Below, piece after piece: positions 29,537 to 39,315 of a DNA stretch of 64,000 bases. Location: positions 672,001 to 736,000 of the forward strand of contig OZ242318.1 in assembly GCA_965208105.1 (NCBI GenBank), in the 5' to 3' direction. How positions within the stretch are numbered: the first letter of the stretch is position 1; every line of letters starts with the position of its first letter. This DNA comes from Candidatus Latescibacterota bacterium. Its GTDB lineage: Bacteria; Latescibacterota; UBA2968; UBA8231. Both the position numbers and the translations under genes were made by a program. The notes under the pieces were generated by a model. The model did not search any database. It was not told the DNA's origin and saw nothing but the letters and a program-made list of their open reading frames with translations.

Positions 29537-30607
29537 TCAGGCCGCGCCTCCCTTGACGGCGATTTTGATCGCGTCTCTGCCGTCCAGGTGATAGCTGCCA
29601 TGGAGCGCGTCGAAGCCCTTGGAAACCTCCTCCAGCGCAAGAATGTGGCTTACGAACCCTTCGAAGAGGGAGGCGTGCTTTTCCAGCATGGGGATGGCGC
29701 GGAGAAAGTGCTTCCCCTCGAATCCCCATCCGGCCTCCAACCTCAGGTTCTTCCTCATCAACATCCGGTTGGGATTGCATTCGAAGGAGCCGACGTCCAC
29801 GAAATGCCCATACACGACATAGGTTCCGCCGTACTTTATGTAGTCCAGGCCTTCGGGGATGGCGGGGAGAAAGCCGGTGCATTCGTAGACCACGTCCGCA
29901 CCTTTGCCCTGTGAGGTATTCTCCCGGACTATCCTCTTGCGCTCTTCCGGGTCCGCCACCTCGGCGATGTCGATTACGAGGTCCGCCCCCAACCTCCTCG
30001 CCATCTCGAGCCGGCCCGGTGGTCCGCCTACGACGATGAGCCGTCCGGCACCGGAAACTCTGGCCCAGTTGAGCGCAAGGAGACCTATCGGACCCGTTCC
30101 CTGGATCACAACCGTGTCCCCGAAGTCGATCCCGCCTCGGGACACGCAATGTGCAGCACACGAAGCAGGTTCGGCCAGAACGGCGATTTCGGGCGGCAGA
30201 TCGGTTTTGATGAACATGATCTCGTCCGGGTCCGAGAGATAGATGAATTCGCTGAACCCGCCGCGAAGATAGGGCTCTTCTTCCGACGGAGAAAACCCGA
30301 TTCCACCTTCGGGAGAGACAGCGATTCTGTCTCCCACTTCCACCGGATTGCCGAGAGAGTCTTTATCCACCCCCTCTCCCAGGGCATCGATCACACCGAC
30401 ATTCTCGTGCCCGAGGATGCTATCGTGGCCGATGCGCTGGAATTCCCAGTTGTGGAGGTCGGTTCCGCAAATGCCGCCCAACTCCTGGCGCACGAGGACG
30501 GTTCCGGGAGAGGGATCGGCTACGGGATACTCCCGGATTTCAAACTTCCTGCCACTCATCACGGCGGCACGTGCTGTTCTGGTTTCCATCGTCATTTCCG
30601 GTATCAT
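29537..30607 (-). CDS. Zinc-dependent MDR alcohol dehydrogenase
   Basis: GICGTD, LGHE, AEP catalytic Zn ligands; GTGPIG Rossmann motif. Confidence 0.9.
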   Translation of the reverse strand: MIPEMTMETRTARAAVMSGRKFEIREYPVADPSPGTVLVRQELGGICGTDLHNWEFQRIGHDSILGHENVGVIDALGEGVDKDSLGNPVEVGDRIAVSPEGGIGFSPSEEEPYLRGGFSEFIYLSDPDEIMFIKTDLPPEIAVLAEPASCAAHCVSRGGIDFGDTVVIQGTGPIGLLALNWARVSGAGRLIVVGGPPGRLEMARRLGADLVIDIAEVADPEERKRIVRENTSQGKGADVVYECTGFLPAIPEGLDYIKYGGTYVVYGHFVDVGSFECNPNRMLMRKNLRLEAGWGFEGKHFLRAIPMLEKHASLFEGFVSHILALEEVSKGFDALHGSYHLDGRDAIKIAVKGGAA

Positions 30608-30646
30608 TCCCTGTCGGCATGTGGAGAGAAATTCGCCAGCCGGTCG

Positions 30647-30675
30647 TAGACTCGATTTCGGCTGTGATATAAAAT
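30647..30675 (+). promoter_or_regulatory. Sigma70-type promoter for the CRTAC1-TPR gene
   Basis: TAGACT - 17 nt - TAAAAT in an AT-rich intergenic patch. Confidence 0.55.
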
Positions 30676-30728
30676 ATAGCCTGGATTTACCGCATCAAAC
30701 ACAACATGACCAAGTGAAGAGATTGGCA

Positions 30729-33700
30729 ATGGGACCCGCACCGGCATACCTGGCAGTTTGGGCCCTGATCGTCCTGACCTGGCCGTTGGGGTGTTCTCGC
30801 GAACCCGGCGAGCTATCCCGGGAAACCGGTCCTGGAATTTCCGCATCCGCCGGAAGTGGGGCCGCCGCCGTGGAGCCCGAATCCGGCAGGAGACCGGACC
30901 CCGCGCCCGCGGAGGCGGCCGCAGCACCTGGGGAAAGGGTGCGGTTCGTCGACGTGAGCCCCTCCTCCGGCCTCGACTTCACCCTCGAGTCCGGGTCTCC
31001 GCAGCAGGACTACATCGTCGCGGCCATGGCCGGCGGCGTCGCCTTTCTCGACTATGACGACGACGGCTACCAGGACGTCTTCATGGTCAGCAGCTCGCGC
31101 ATGGAGGGCCCCCCCGCCGGGGCTTTCAACCGCCTCTACAAAAACGTCCCGGGAAACGACGGCGGGCGCGTCTTTCGCGACGTGACCGAGGGATCGGGCC
31201 TGCAGCGCACCGGATGGGGGATGGGGTGCGCCACCGGCGACTACGACAACGACGGCGACGTGGACATCTACGTCACCTACGTGGGCCCCAACGCCCTCTA
31301 CCGCAACAACGGCGACGGCACCTTCGCCAGCGTCGGCCGCAGGGCGGGGGTGGCCGATGAACGCTGGGGCGCCAGCGCCGCCTTCGCCGACCTGGACGCC
31401 GACGGATTCCTGGATCTCTACGTGGCCAACTACCTCGTCTTCGATCCCGAGTCTCCCCCCGAACCGCGGCGCGGCTGGAAAGGGCTGGTGGTATTCTACG
31501 GACCCGACGGCATGGACACGGTCCCCGACGCCCTCTACCGCAACGACGGCGACGGTACCTTCACCGACCTCAGTGCGCGCACAGGTATGAACCGCTACTA
31601 CCTGCCGGGCCTGGGGGTGGTCTTCGGCGACTACGACAACGACGGCGACCAGGACATCTACGTGGCCAACGACGGGCTGCCGAACCTCCTCTTTCGCAAC
31701 GACGGCGATTGGCGCCTGACCGAAGTGGGCACCCCCGCCGAGGTGGCTTACAGCGACGACGGGCGCGCCCAGGCCGGAATGGGCACCACCTTCGGCGACT
31801 TCGACGACGACGGCGATGCCGATATTTTCGTCACCAACTATTCCGACGACGTCAACACCCTCTACCAGAACCAGGGAGACGGCTTTTTCATCGACGCCAC
31901 CTTCGCCCTCGGTCTGGGAGGCGAGGCACAGCCCTATCTGAGCTGGAGCACGAACTTCTTCGACTACGACAACGACCGCGACCTCGACCTCTTCGTGGTC
32001 AACGGCCATCTCTTCCCGCAGTTGCTCGACCACCCGTCGGGACTGCGCTATCCCCAGCGCAACCTGCTCTATGCCAACGAGGGAGGCCGCTTCCGGTCGG
32101 TCGGAGAATCGGCGGGACCTGGCCTGGCGGTGGAGAAAGTCAGCCGCGGCGGCGCCTTCGGAGACTACGACAACGACGGCGACGTCGACCTGCTGATCAC
32201 CAACCTGAACGACACTCCCGACCTGCTGCGCAACGAGGGCGGCAACCACAACAACTGGGTCGGCCTGGACCTGGTGGGAACCAGCTGCAACCGCGACGCC
32301 ATCGGCGCCCGGGTGCAGCTCTTTGCCGGCGGCCAGGTGCAGACGCGCGAGGTCAGACGCGCCTACGGCTACCAGTCCCAGCACGATCCCCGGCTCGTCT
32401 TCGGACTGGGGAATCTGAAAGAAGTGGACCGGGTGGAGATCCGCTGGCCCGGCGGAGGGACCCAGACCCTGCGCAACCCTCCCCTGCGCCGCTATCTGGT
32501 CGTGAAGGAAGCCAGCCCCGGCATCGCCGACAGCTACGCAGCCCGCGCCACCGCCCCCGGGTCCTCGGCGGCCTCGGCGCCGACAGGCCCCGAAAGGCCA
32601 TTCTCAGGGGACCGGCCGAGCTATTCCGGAGACCCCTCGTGGACGGCGGAGGAATACTATCTCCAGGGAGAGAAATTCTACGGATCGGGGCGCTACGGGG
32701 AGGCCATGGCCATGTTCGCCGAGGCAGTGCGGCTGCAGCCGGACCACTTCCAGGCCTACAGGGTGTGGGCGGCCACCCTGATCAAGGGTCTGGGAGATTA
32801 CCAGGGAGCCATCGAGTTGCTGGAGCCGGTGGTCCGCAGGGACTCCACCCGCGCCGAGCTCTACGACCTGATGGCCATGGGCCACATGGGCCTGGATGAG
32901 CCGGAGGAGGCGGTGGAGGCACTGGAGCGGGCCACCGCCCTGGACAGCACCGCGTGGAAATACCACAACCTCCTGGGAAGGGCATACCTGCGCAGCGGCG
33001 ACCTCGCCGCGGCCACCGCGTCCCTGGAACGGGCGGTCCGCATCGCCCCTTCCGCCACAGACCCCCACCTCCACCTCAGCCGGGTCCATGAGCGCCAGGG
33101 CCGCAGTCGGGAGGCGCAGCAGGAGCGCCACAGGTTCCAGACCCTGAAACGCGAACACAAGCAGCTCGAACCCTATCTGCGCAGGCTCGAAGAAGACCCG
33201 GACGACGAAGAAGCCCTCTACCTTCTCGCGGTGGGATACACCCGGCAGCGGCGCTACGAGGCCGCCCTGAAATGCTTCCAGCGGCTGGCCGAACTCACCC
33301 CCGGCCGCGGGATGGTCCACTACGGCCTAGGGGTTGCCTATCACAACCTGGGACGGTTCGAGGAGGCTATCCCGGCCTACAACCACGCCTATGGCCTCGA
33401 CAGCCGCCTGTCCCTGGTCTTCAACGACCTGGGGCGCGCCTACCAGCAGCTGGGGCGCCTGGACGAAGCCCTTGCCGCCTACCGCAGGCTCGTCCGGCTC
33501 AAACCCGATTTCGCCCTGGTCCGAAGCCATCTGGGCGAGGTATACGCCCTGCAGGGAAAGAAGCGGCAGGCCATTGAAGCCTACGAAGAAGCCCTGGCGC
33601 TGGATCCCACTCTGACCGAAAGCCGCGCGGCCCTGGCACGCCTCTACGCAGAGGCCGGACGCCTGCGGGAGGCAGTCGGGGAATGGAAGATCGTGGTGCA

Positions 33701-33770
33701 ACAGGACCCCGGCCATCCCACGGCGAAATCCGACCTGGAGCAGGCGCAGCAGCGTTTGTCCACCCGCTGA
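30729..33770 (+). CDS. CRTAC1/ASPIC-UnbV - TPR fusion lipoprotein
   Basis: Lipobox WPLGC; FG-GAP repeats (GDYDNDGDVDIYV); YQSQHDPRLVFGLG...EIRWPGG; C-terminal TPR array; start 30714 or 30729. Confidence 0.9.
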   Translation: MGPAPAYLAVWALIVLTWPLGCSREPGELSRETGPGISASAGSGAAAVEPESGRRPDPAPAEAAAAPGERVRFVDVSPSSGLDFTLESGSPQQDYIVAAMAGGVAFLDYDDDGYQDVFMVSSSRMEGPPAGAFNRLYKNVPGNDGGRVFRDVTEGSGLQRTGWGMGCATGDYDNDGDVDIYVTYVGPNALYRNNGDGTFASVGRRAGVADERWGASAAFADLDADGFLDLYVANYLVFDPESPPEPRRGWKGLVVFYGPDGMDTVPDALYRNDGDGTFTDLSARTGMNRYYLPGLGVVFGDYDNDGDQDIYVANDGLPNLLFRNDGDWRLTEVGTPAEVAYSDDGRAQAGMGTTFGDFDDDGDADIFVTNYSDDVNTLYQNQGDGFFIDATFALGLGGEAQPYLSWSTNFFDYDNDRDLDLFVVNGHLFPQLLDHPSGLRYPQRNLLYANEGGRFRSVGESAGPGLAVEKVSRGGAFGDYDNDGDVDLLITNLNDTPDLLRNEGGNHNNWVGLDLVGTSCNRDAIGARVQLFAGGQVQTREVRRAYGYQSQHDPRLVFGLGNLKEVDRVEIRWPGGGTQTLRNPPLRRYLVVKEASPGIADSYAARATAPGSSAASAPTGPERPFSGDRPSYSGDPSWTAEEYYLQGEKFYGSGRYGEAMAMFAEAVRLQPDHFQAYRVWAATLIKGLGDYQGAIELLEPVVRRDSTRAELYDLMAMGHMGLDEPEEAVEALERATALDSTAWKYHNLLGRAYLRSGDLAAATASLERAVRIAPSATDPHLHLSRVHERQGRSREAQQERHRFQTLKREHKQLEPYLRRLEEDPDDEEALYLLAVGYTRQRRYEAALKCFQRLAELTPGRGMVHYGLGVAYHNLGRFEEAIPAYNHAYGLDSRLSLVFNDLGRAYQQLGRLDEALAAYRRLVRLKPDFALVRSHLGEVYALQGKKRQAIEAYEEALALDPTLTESRAALARLYAEAGRLREAVGEWKIVVQQDPGHPTAKSDLEQAQQRLSTR

Positions 33771-33883
33771 TAGGGGCCACGGCCTGCGGCCGCTCGAGCC
33801 GCCCTCGCACTCGACGGGCTGCCTCCAGCCAGCTATATTCTCAGGGAACCATGCAACGGGATTGAAAACGGACCGGCCTCATC

Positions 33884-34282
33884 GTGTTCCTCCGCCTCCT
33901 CCTGCTCTTCACCCTCGTGCCCCTGGTCGAGCTGGCCATCCTCATCCAGGTGGGGAAGTACGTCGGGGTCCTTCCAACTGTTGTCCTGGTCGCCGCCACG
34001 GGGGCCGCCGGCGCCGCGCTCGCCCGCCGCCAGGGCCTTCAGGCACTCGGCCGCCTGCAGCGGGCCCTGGCCTCGGGCTCCTTTCCGGGCAACGAGATCT
34101 TCAGCGCTGTCCTCATTCTGGCGGGAGGCCTGCTCCTGCTCACGCCGGGCCTGATCACCGACCTCGCCGGCCTGGCCTTCCTGGCTCCGGGAAGCCGCAA
34201 CCTCATCCAGTCCTGCCTGATGAAGGCCGTGCGCCGGCGCCTGGATTCCAGGGCGGTTCAGGCTCACTACAAATTCAATTGA
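33884..34282 (+). CDS. fxsA: FxsA family membrane protein
   Basis: PLVELAILIQVG, ARRQG, GGLLLLTPGLITD. Confidence 0.9.
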   Translation: MFLRLLLLFTLVPLVELAILIQVGKYVGVLPTVVLVAATGAAGAALARRQGLQALGRLQRALASGSFPGNEIFSAVLILAGGLLLLTPGLITDLAGLAFLAPGSRNLIQSCLMKAVRRRLDSRAVQAHYKFN

Positions 34283-34313
34283 GTGGGGTCAATACGGGCA
34301 GGGCGCCGGCCGC

Positions 34314-35879
34314 TCAGGCCGCTTTTTCGCGCAGCATCTCCACGACCCTGTCTCGTCCGAGAAGCTCGACGAAGGACCCAAAGCGGGGACCGCGCTCCTG
34401 TCCCAGCAGGACCTCGTAGAAGGTCCGAAACAGCTCTCTCGGCTCCACCGAAGCGGCGCGGGCAACCTCGAAGGGAATGGCCTGGAGCTCGGCTTCGCCC
34501 GCGTTCCCCGCGGAGGCCAGTCGATCCCGGATGCGGCCGAGCAACTCGCGCTCGCGGATGGTGGGGCTGCGGAACTTCTTGGTAGGCAGCACCAGGTCGC
34601 GATAGTAGTTGAGCCCCTTTTCAACGAGGTTCCGCACCACCTCGCGGTAATCGCCCGCCCTGCCGTCGTAGCGCTCCAGATAGTCCCGCAACAGGCCGGC
34701 CGAATCCGATCCCAGGGCGGCGATCAGATTGTTCACCATGGTGAAGTTCACCTGAGCGCCGTAGGCGGGCACGTTGCGGCCCCCCTGGAAGATGTGCCAC
34801 AGGTCCTGCTCGGGCCGGGCTTCCTCGTCCACCTGCGGAAACCGGCGCAGGGCCTCCAGGTAGTCGTCCACGGCCTTTGGCACCACGTCCCAGAAGAGCC
34901 GGCGCGCCCGCCTGGGATTCTGATAGAGGTAGTAGAGCAGGGACTCGATGGGCGCGTACTCCTTCCAAGCATCTACCGTCACCCCCATGCGGCCGGCGCT
35001 GCTTGCCAACCCGCGCCCTTCCTCGTCGAGAAAAAACTCGTAGCACAGGCCGACCGGCGGCTGCTTGCCCATCAGGCGCACGATGCGGGAGGACTGGCGC
35101 ACCGAGTCGACGAGGTCTTTGCCGTACATTTCATAATCGACCTCGTAGGAGTACCAGCGCAGGGCCCAATCGACTTTCCAGCCCACCTTGGCGTTGCCCC
35201 CCAGCACCGACCGCTCGCCGCTCTCGCCGCACCCGGTGTAGAGGCCGGCATCGAGGTCGCAGGTGAAGCTCACGGTGCCCCGGCCGGGGTGGTAAGCGGT
35301 AACCCGCGTGGCCATGATCGAACCACAGTTGGGGCAAATCGGAAAGAAGGGCGACCAGCGCTGGCGGTTTTGTTCCCGCAGGGTAGGCACGATGATCCGG
35401 CGGACTTCCTCGGCCTTGTCGAGGAGAATCGAAAGCCCTTCGTCGAAGTCGCCTCGCAGGTAGGCTGCACGCGAGCTCTGGAACTCGTAGTCGAAGCCGG
35501 ACGCGGCGAAAAACTCGCGCAGCCTGGCGTTCATGTGGTCGCTGAAACTCGCACAGGAACCAAAGGGATCTGGGACGGCGTGCAGGGGTTTGCCGAGGTG
35601 GGCTGCGAGCATGTCAGGATTCGGCAAGTTGCCGGGCACCTTGCGCAAGCCGTCCATGTCGTCGCTGAAGCAGAGCAGGCGGGTTTCCAGTCCTCCGTGG
35701 AGGTGCTCACAGGCGCGGCGCACCCAGGAGGTGCGGACGCCTTCGGAAAAGTGACCTAGATGGGGGAAGCCGCTGGGGCCGAATCCGGTCTCGAAAAGAA
35801 CGGGCCGGTCCCCCTTGGGGGAACGGCGTTTCAAAATCTGGGCGGCTTCCTCAAAGGGCCATGCCCGGTAGTTCCGCAC
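34314..35879 (-). CDS. lysS: Class I lysyl-tRNA synthetase (LysRS1) with degenerate KMSKS loop
   Basis: FETGFGPSGFPHLG, SDDMDGLRKVP, WKVDWALRW, YEMYGKDL, GQERGPRFGSF. Confidence 0.88.
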   Translation of the reverse strand: MRNYRAWPFEEAAQILKRRSPKGDRPVLFETGFGPSGFPHLGHFSEGVRTSWVRRACEHLHGGLETRLLCFSDDMDGLRKVPGNLPNPDMLAAHLGKPLHAVPDPFGSCASFSDHMNARLREFFAASGFDYEFQSSRAAYLRGDFDEGLSILLDKAEEVRRIIVPTLREQNRQRWSPFFPICPNCGSIMATRVTAYHPGRGTVSFTCDLDAGLYTGCGESGERSVLGGNAKVGWKVDWALRWYSYEVDYEMYGKDLVDSVRQSSRIVRLMGKQPPVGLCYEFFLDEEGRGLASSAGRMGVTVDAWKEYAPIESLLYYLYQNPRRARRLFWDVVPKAVDDYLEALRRFPQVDEEARPEQDLWHIFQGGRNVPAYGAQVNFTMVNNLIAALGSDSAGLLRDYLERYDGRAGDYREVVRNLVEKGLNYYRDLVLPTKKFRSPTIRERELLGRIRDRLASAGNAGEAELQAIPFEVARAASVEPRELFRTFYEVLLGQERGPRFGSFVELLGRDRVVEMLREKAA

Positions 35880-36019
35880 GTCGCTTGCCTCGTAAAAATC
35901 GCCTGTGTTGTCCGAAGGGGCCGCAGTTACCGCTTCACCGGACTGCCGGCGTCCGGCGGGTCCCGCCCCCGGTCATGGGCGTCCTTCCCCCGGCGCCGCC
36001 GGCTCGCCGCAGCGAAAAA

Positions 36020-36238
36020 CTAGCGGTTGCGGAAGGTGATCCGCCCGCGGCTCAGATCGTAGGGGGAAAGGGCAACCGTGACCTGGTCCCCCGGCAGCAC
36101 GCGGATATAGTACTTGCGCATCTTGCCGGAAAGGTGGGCCAGGATCTGGTGGCCGTTTTCCATCTCCACTTTGAAATAGGCGTTGGGCAGGGCTTCCCTG
36201 ACCACTCCCTGGACCTCAATCGCTTCTTCCTTGGCCAT
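36020..36238 (-). CDS. infA: Translation initiation factor IF-1
   Basis: [21 protein letters not shown]......[35 protein letters not shown]. Confidence 0.98.
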   Translation of the reverse strand: MAKEEAIEVQGVVREALPNAYFKVEMENGHQILAHLSGKMRKYYIRVLPGDQVTVALSPYDLSRGRITFRNR

Positions 36239-36429
36239 CTATCTCCTCTTTCGCGCAGGTGAGGTTCTTTGTGCCGAAAAACAGCCGCACAAAAAAAGCG
36301 AGCAATCCCCTGAGAATAATTCCCAGAATGCCTGCTCGCTCTCGATGCGCACGGAAATGGGAAGACCTCAGCGGTTCATGCCTATGCCCCTGAAGGGATT
36401 TCCTGTTATCAACACACGACTAGAAAAAA

Positions 36430-36458
36430 ATTTTAACTAATTGCAGCACAAAAGTCAA
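36430..36458 (-). promoter_or_regulatory. Sigma70 promoter of infA
   Basis: Minus strand TTGACT (36458-36453) - 17 nt - TAAAAT (36435-36430), in the most AT-rich stretch of the window. Confidence 0.75.
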
Positions 36459-36486
36459 CGCTTTTAACCTGCAACTCAGACAGGAT

Positions 36487-37827
36487 CTAGGGGCCAAATT
36501 TCTGGATGCGGTTGTTGAATGTATCGGCGACGTAGATGTATCCCCTGTCATCGCGCCCGATGCCGCCTGCCACCACCTCGGCCTCTGTCGTCATGCTCGT
36601 TCTGAGACCCTGGATCACCGTGGCTCTTCCCGCAAAGCGGAACTGCCCGGCGCCCTCCCCGCCTTCGCCCCATGCGGTCAGGAACCCGCCCTCGCGGAAG
36701 ACTTCGATGCGGTCCGACCCGGCATTGACCACGAATACCCGGGGGCCCTCCGGATCCGCGACAAAATCGCTGGGACGCCGCAGCACGCCGCCGCCGCGGT
36801 CCCCCGAGAACAGGGGATCCCGCCCTATGGAGGAGGCAATTGTCCTGCGCTCCAGGTCTTCGTAGACGACCAGCTTGGGAGCGCGCCATCCTCCCTTCGC
36901 CAGGCTCAGAGGCTCGATCAAGGCGGCGAAGCGCCCTCTCCAGAAGCGCAGGCAGGAGACCAGTTGGGGCGGCGTCGTCGTCTGCTTCACCAGCTCTCCC
37001 TCCGGATCGAACTGGCGGACCTGGCCGATTCCCTCGATGAATATGCGTTCCCCCTCGATGGCGATATGGCGCGCGTACAGTCCCGGAAGGGGCCGTCGCC
37101 ACAACCTCTGTCCCGCCGGGTCGAACTTGGTCCAGAAAGCGCGCGGCGCCCCTCCGCCGGGTTGCAGCAGGTTGAAAACCAGGTGCAGGTTTCCGCTCTC
37201 GTCCAGAGCGAGGTCGGGACCATCCAGGGTACTGGTCTGCAGGCAGGCAAGGGAGTCGGGTGCGTACTCCCAGCTTCCCAGGGGAATCCCGCTGCGGTCG
37301 AAGCGCTCGACTCTGCCCGATCCGACCCCGGCGGCGAAGACCACCCCGCGGTCGCTTACGGCCAGGCAGGTGGGATGGAAGTTTCCTCCCTCCCCGCCCA
37401 CCTTCCACGAGTGCACGAACAGGTGGATTCCCCCCTCCACCGGGGAACTGGCGAGAGCCTGAAGGTCCTCACCGGTCCCGAAATGACTCAGAACCCGGAA
37501 GCGGTGGATGACACCCGACCTCAACCCCGGGACAACCAGGGTAGTGTCCTCGACCTCGGCGACGGTGTCTGTCCGGACCCAGGCATCGCCTTTTAAGTGC
37601 TGCACCTCGTAGTGCGAGAATCCCCGCTGCCAGACCCTGCCCCAACTCAGGTGTGCCGAGGCGGCGGCACTGTCGAAACGCACCTGCAGCTCCGGAGGAC
37701 CGGCGCTGTGCACGGATGGTCGGCGAGTGTCAATACGACCTGTACAGGACCACAGAAGGCAGATGATGACTCCGGCCCAAGCTCTTCGCATACCAGGGAG
37801 ACTAGCCCCGCCCGGAAGCTCTGTCAA
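36487..37827 (-). CDS. Lipoprotein with FN3-like domain and NHL-repeat beta-propeller
   Basis: Lipobox-like LLWSC; FN3-like LSW...YEV...GLRSG..HRFRV; NHL motifs WGEGGEGAGQF, YIYVADTFNNRIQKF. Confidence 0.75.
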   Translation of the reverse strand: MTELPGGASLPGMRRAWAGVIICLLWSCTGRIDTRRPSVHSAGPPELQVRFDSAAASAHLSWGRVWQRGFSHYEVQHLKGDAWVRTDTVAEVEDTTLVVPGLRSGVIHRFRVLSHFGTGEDLQALASSPVEGGIHLFVHSWKVGGEGGNFHPTCLAVSDRGVVFAAGVGSGRVERFDRSGIPLGSWEYAPDSLACLQTSTLDGPDLALDESGNLHLVFNLLQPGGGAPRAFWTKFDPAGQRLWRRPLPGLYARHIAIEGERIFIEGIGQVRQFDPEGELVKQTTTPPQLVSCLRFWRGRFAALIEPLSLAKGGWRAPKLVVYEDLERRTIASSIGRDPLFSGDRGGGVLRRPSDFVADPEGPRVFVVNAGSDRIEVFREGGFLTAWGEGGEGAGQFRFAGRATVIQGLRTSMTTEAEVVAGGIGRDDRGYIYVADTFNNRIQKFGP

Positions 37828-37944
37828 GAAGGATTGAACAGTGGATGAACGGGGCCGTTGAGATTAGATTAGGGGTCCCCCTCGTAAAATGCGCGAGTGG
37901 CGTCACGGTCCGATCATACCCAGGTTCCCCCTGATGAATCACCC

Positions 37945-39315
37945 ATGGCTGAAGACCCTGCCCTCATAGTCAGTATCTCGGGCATCCGCGGCATCGTCGA
38001 TCAATCCCTGAACCCCGAGGTAGTCAGGCGCTACGCAGCGGCCTTCGGCACCTGGCTGGGACCAGAAGCCGGGGTAGTACTGGCGCGCGATACGCGTCCC
38101 TCGGGAGAGGGATTGGGCCAGCAGGCCGCCAGTGCCCTGGTAGAGGCGGGCTGCGGTGTATTCGATCTCGGCGTCTGTCCGACCCCCAGCGCCAAGCTCA
38201 TGGTCACCGAGCTGCAGGCCGCGGGAGCCATCATCGTAACCGCCAGCCACAATCCGGCCCCCTGGAACGGACTCAAGCTCATCCGCTCCGACGGCATTTT
38301 TCTCAACGGGGAGCAGGGCCGCCAGGTCGAGGCAATCTTCAGCTCCGGCGCCTTCCGCCGCGGCGGCCGCGGCCGCATCCGCCAGGTGGACCGGTCCGAG
38401 ATCAGCCGCAGACACCTGCGGCGCCTCCTCGCGAGAATAGACGTGGAACCCATTCGCCGGGCCCGGCTCAAGGTCACCGTGGATCTGTGCAACGGCGCCG
38501 GAGCCGTGTCCATTCCTCCCCTGCTCGACCAACTGGGAGTGGAGGCCACCTATATCAACGCCGAGCCCGACGGCCTCTTCGCCCACGACCCCGAGCCCGT
38601 GCCCGCCAACCTCGGGCAACTGCGCAGCGCCATGCGGGCAGGGCGAAGCGCCGCGGGATTCGCCGTCGATCCTGACGCCGACCGCGTCGCCCTGGTGGGC
38701 GAAAGCGGCGAATCCATCGGCGAGGACTACACTCTGGCCCTGGCCGTCGACGCGGTGGCCTCGCGCCGTCCGGGTCCGGTGGTGACCACCCTGTCCACCT
38801 CCCAGGCGGTTTCCGACGCGGCCCGCGCCCACAGGTGTCCGGTGTTCCTCACCCCGGTGGGAGAAATCCACGTGGTCGAGAAGATGCTGGAGGAACGGGC
38901 GGTGGTGGGCGGTGAAGGCAACGGCGGCGTGATCCTGACCGAGGTTCACCCGGGGCGCGATGCGGCGCTAGGCGCGGCCATCGTCCTCGAAGCCCTTGCC
39001 CGCCGGGAACTGGCCTTGAGCGCGCTGGTGGCCAGCCTGCCGGCATATCATCTCGAGAAGAGGAAGATGACCTGCAGCCCGGCACAGCTCGAGCGCGCCA
39101 TAACCGCACTGCGCCAATCCCACAGGGGCGCCTTCGTCCACCCGGTGAAGGACGGGTCCAAGCTTTATTTGAAGGGGGAATTGGCCTGCCCCTGGATTCA
39201 CCTGCGGGCTTCGAACACCGAACCTGTGGTCCGCATCTGCGCCGAGAGCGAGAAGCTGGAGGAAGCCTCGGGACTGTGCGACGAAGTGGAAGCCCTGATC
39301 GGGGCAGCAGAATGA
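37945..39315 (+). CDS. Phosphohexomutase (phosphoglucosamine / phosphomannomutase family)
   Basis: SISGIRG, TASHNP phosphoserine loop, DPDADR metal loop, GEGNGG, RASNTEP. Confidence 0.92.
   Translation: MAEDPALIVSISGIRGIVDQSLNPEVVRRYAAAFGTWLGPEAGVVLARDTRPSGEGLGQQAASALVEAGCGVFDLGVCPTPSAKLMVTELQAAGAIIVTASHNPAPWNGLKLIRSDGIFLNGEQGRQVEAIFSSGAFRRGGRGRIRQVDRSEISRRHLRRLLARIDVEPIRRARLKVTVDLCNGAGAVSIPPLLDQLGVEATYINAEPDGLFAHDPEPVPANLGQLRSAMRAGRSAAGFAVDPDADRVALVGESGESIGEDYTLALAVDAVASRRPGPVVTTLSTSQAVSDAARAHRCPVFLTPVGEIHVVEKMLEERAVVGGEGNGGVILTEVHPGRDAALGAAIVLEALARRELALSALVASLPAYHLEKRKMTCSPAQLERAITALRQSHRGAFVHPVKDGSKLYLKGELACPWIHLRASNTEPVVRICAESEKLEEASGLCDEVEALIGAAE

Noticed and set aside
22520-32200. Recurrent GACTACGACAACGACGGCGAC-like DNA repeats as a possible CRISPR or tandem array
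   Set aside because: They are codons for FG-GAP DYDNDGD protein repeats within CDSs, with irregular spacing
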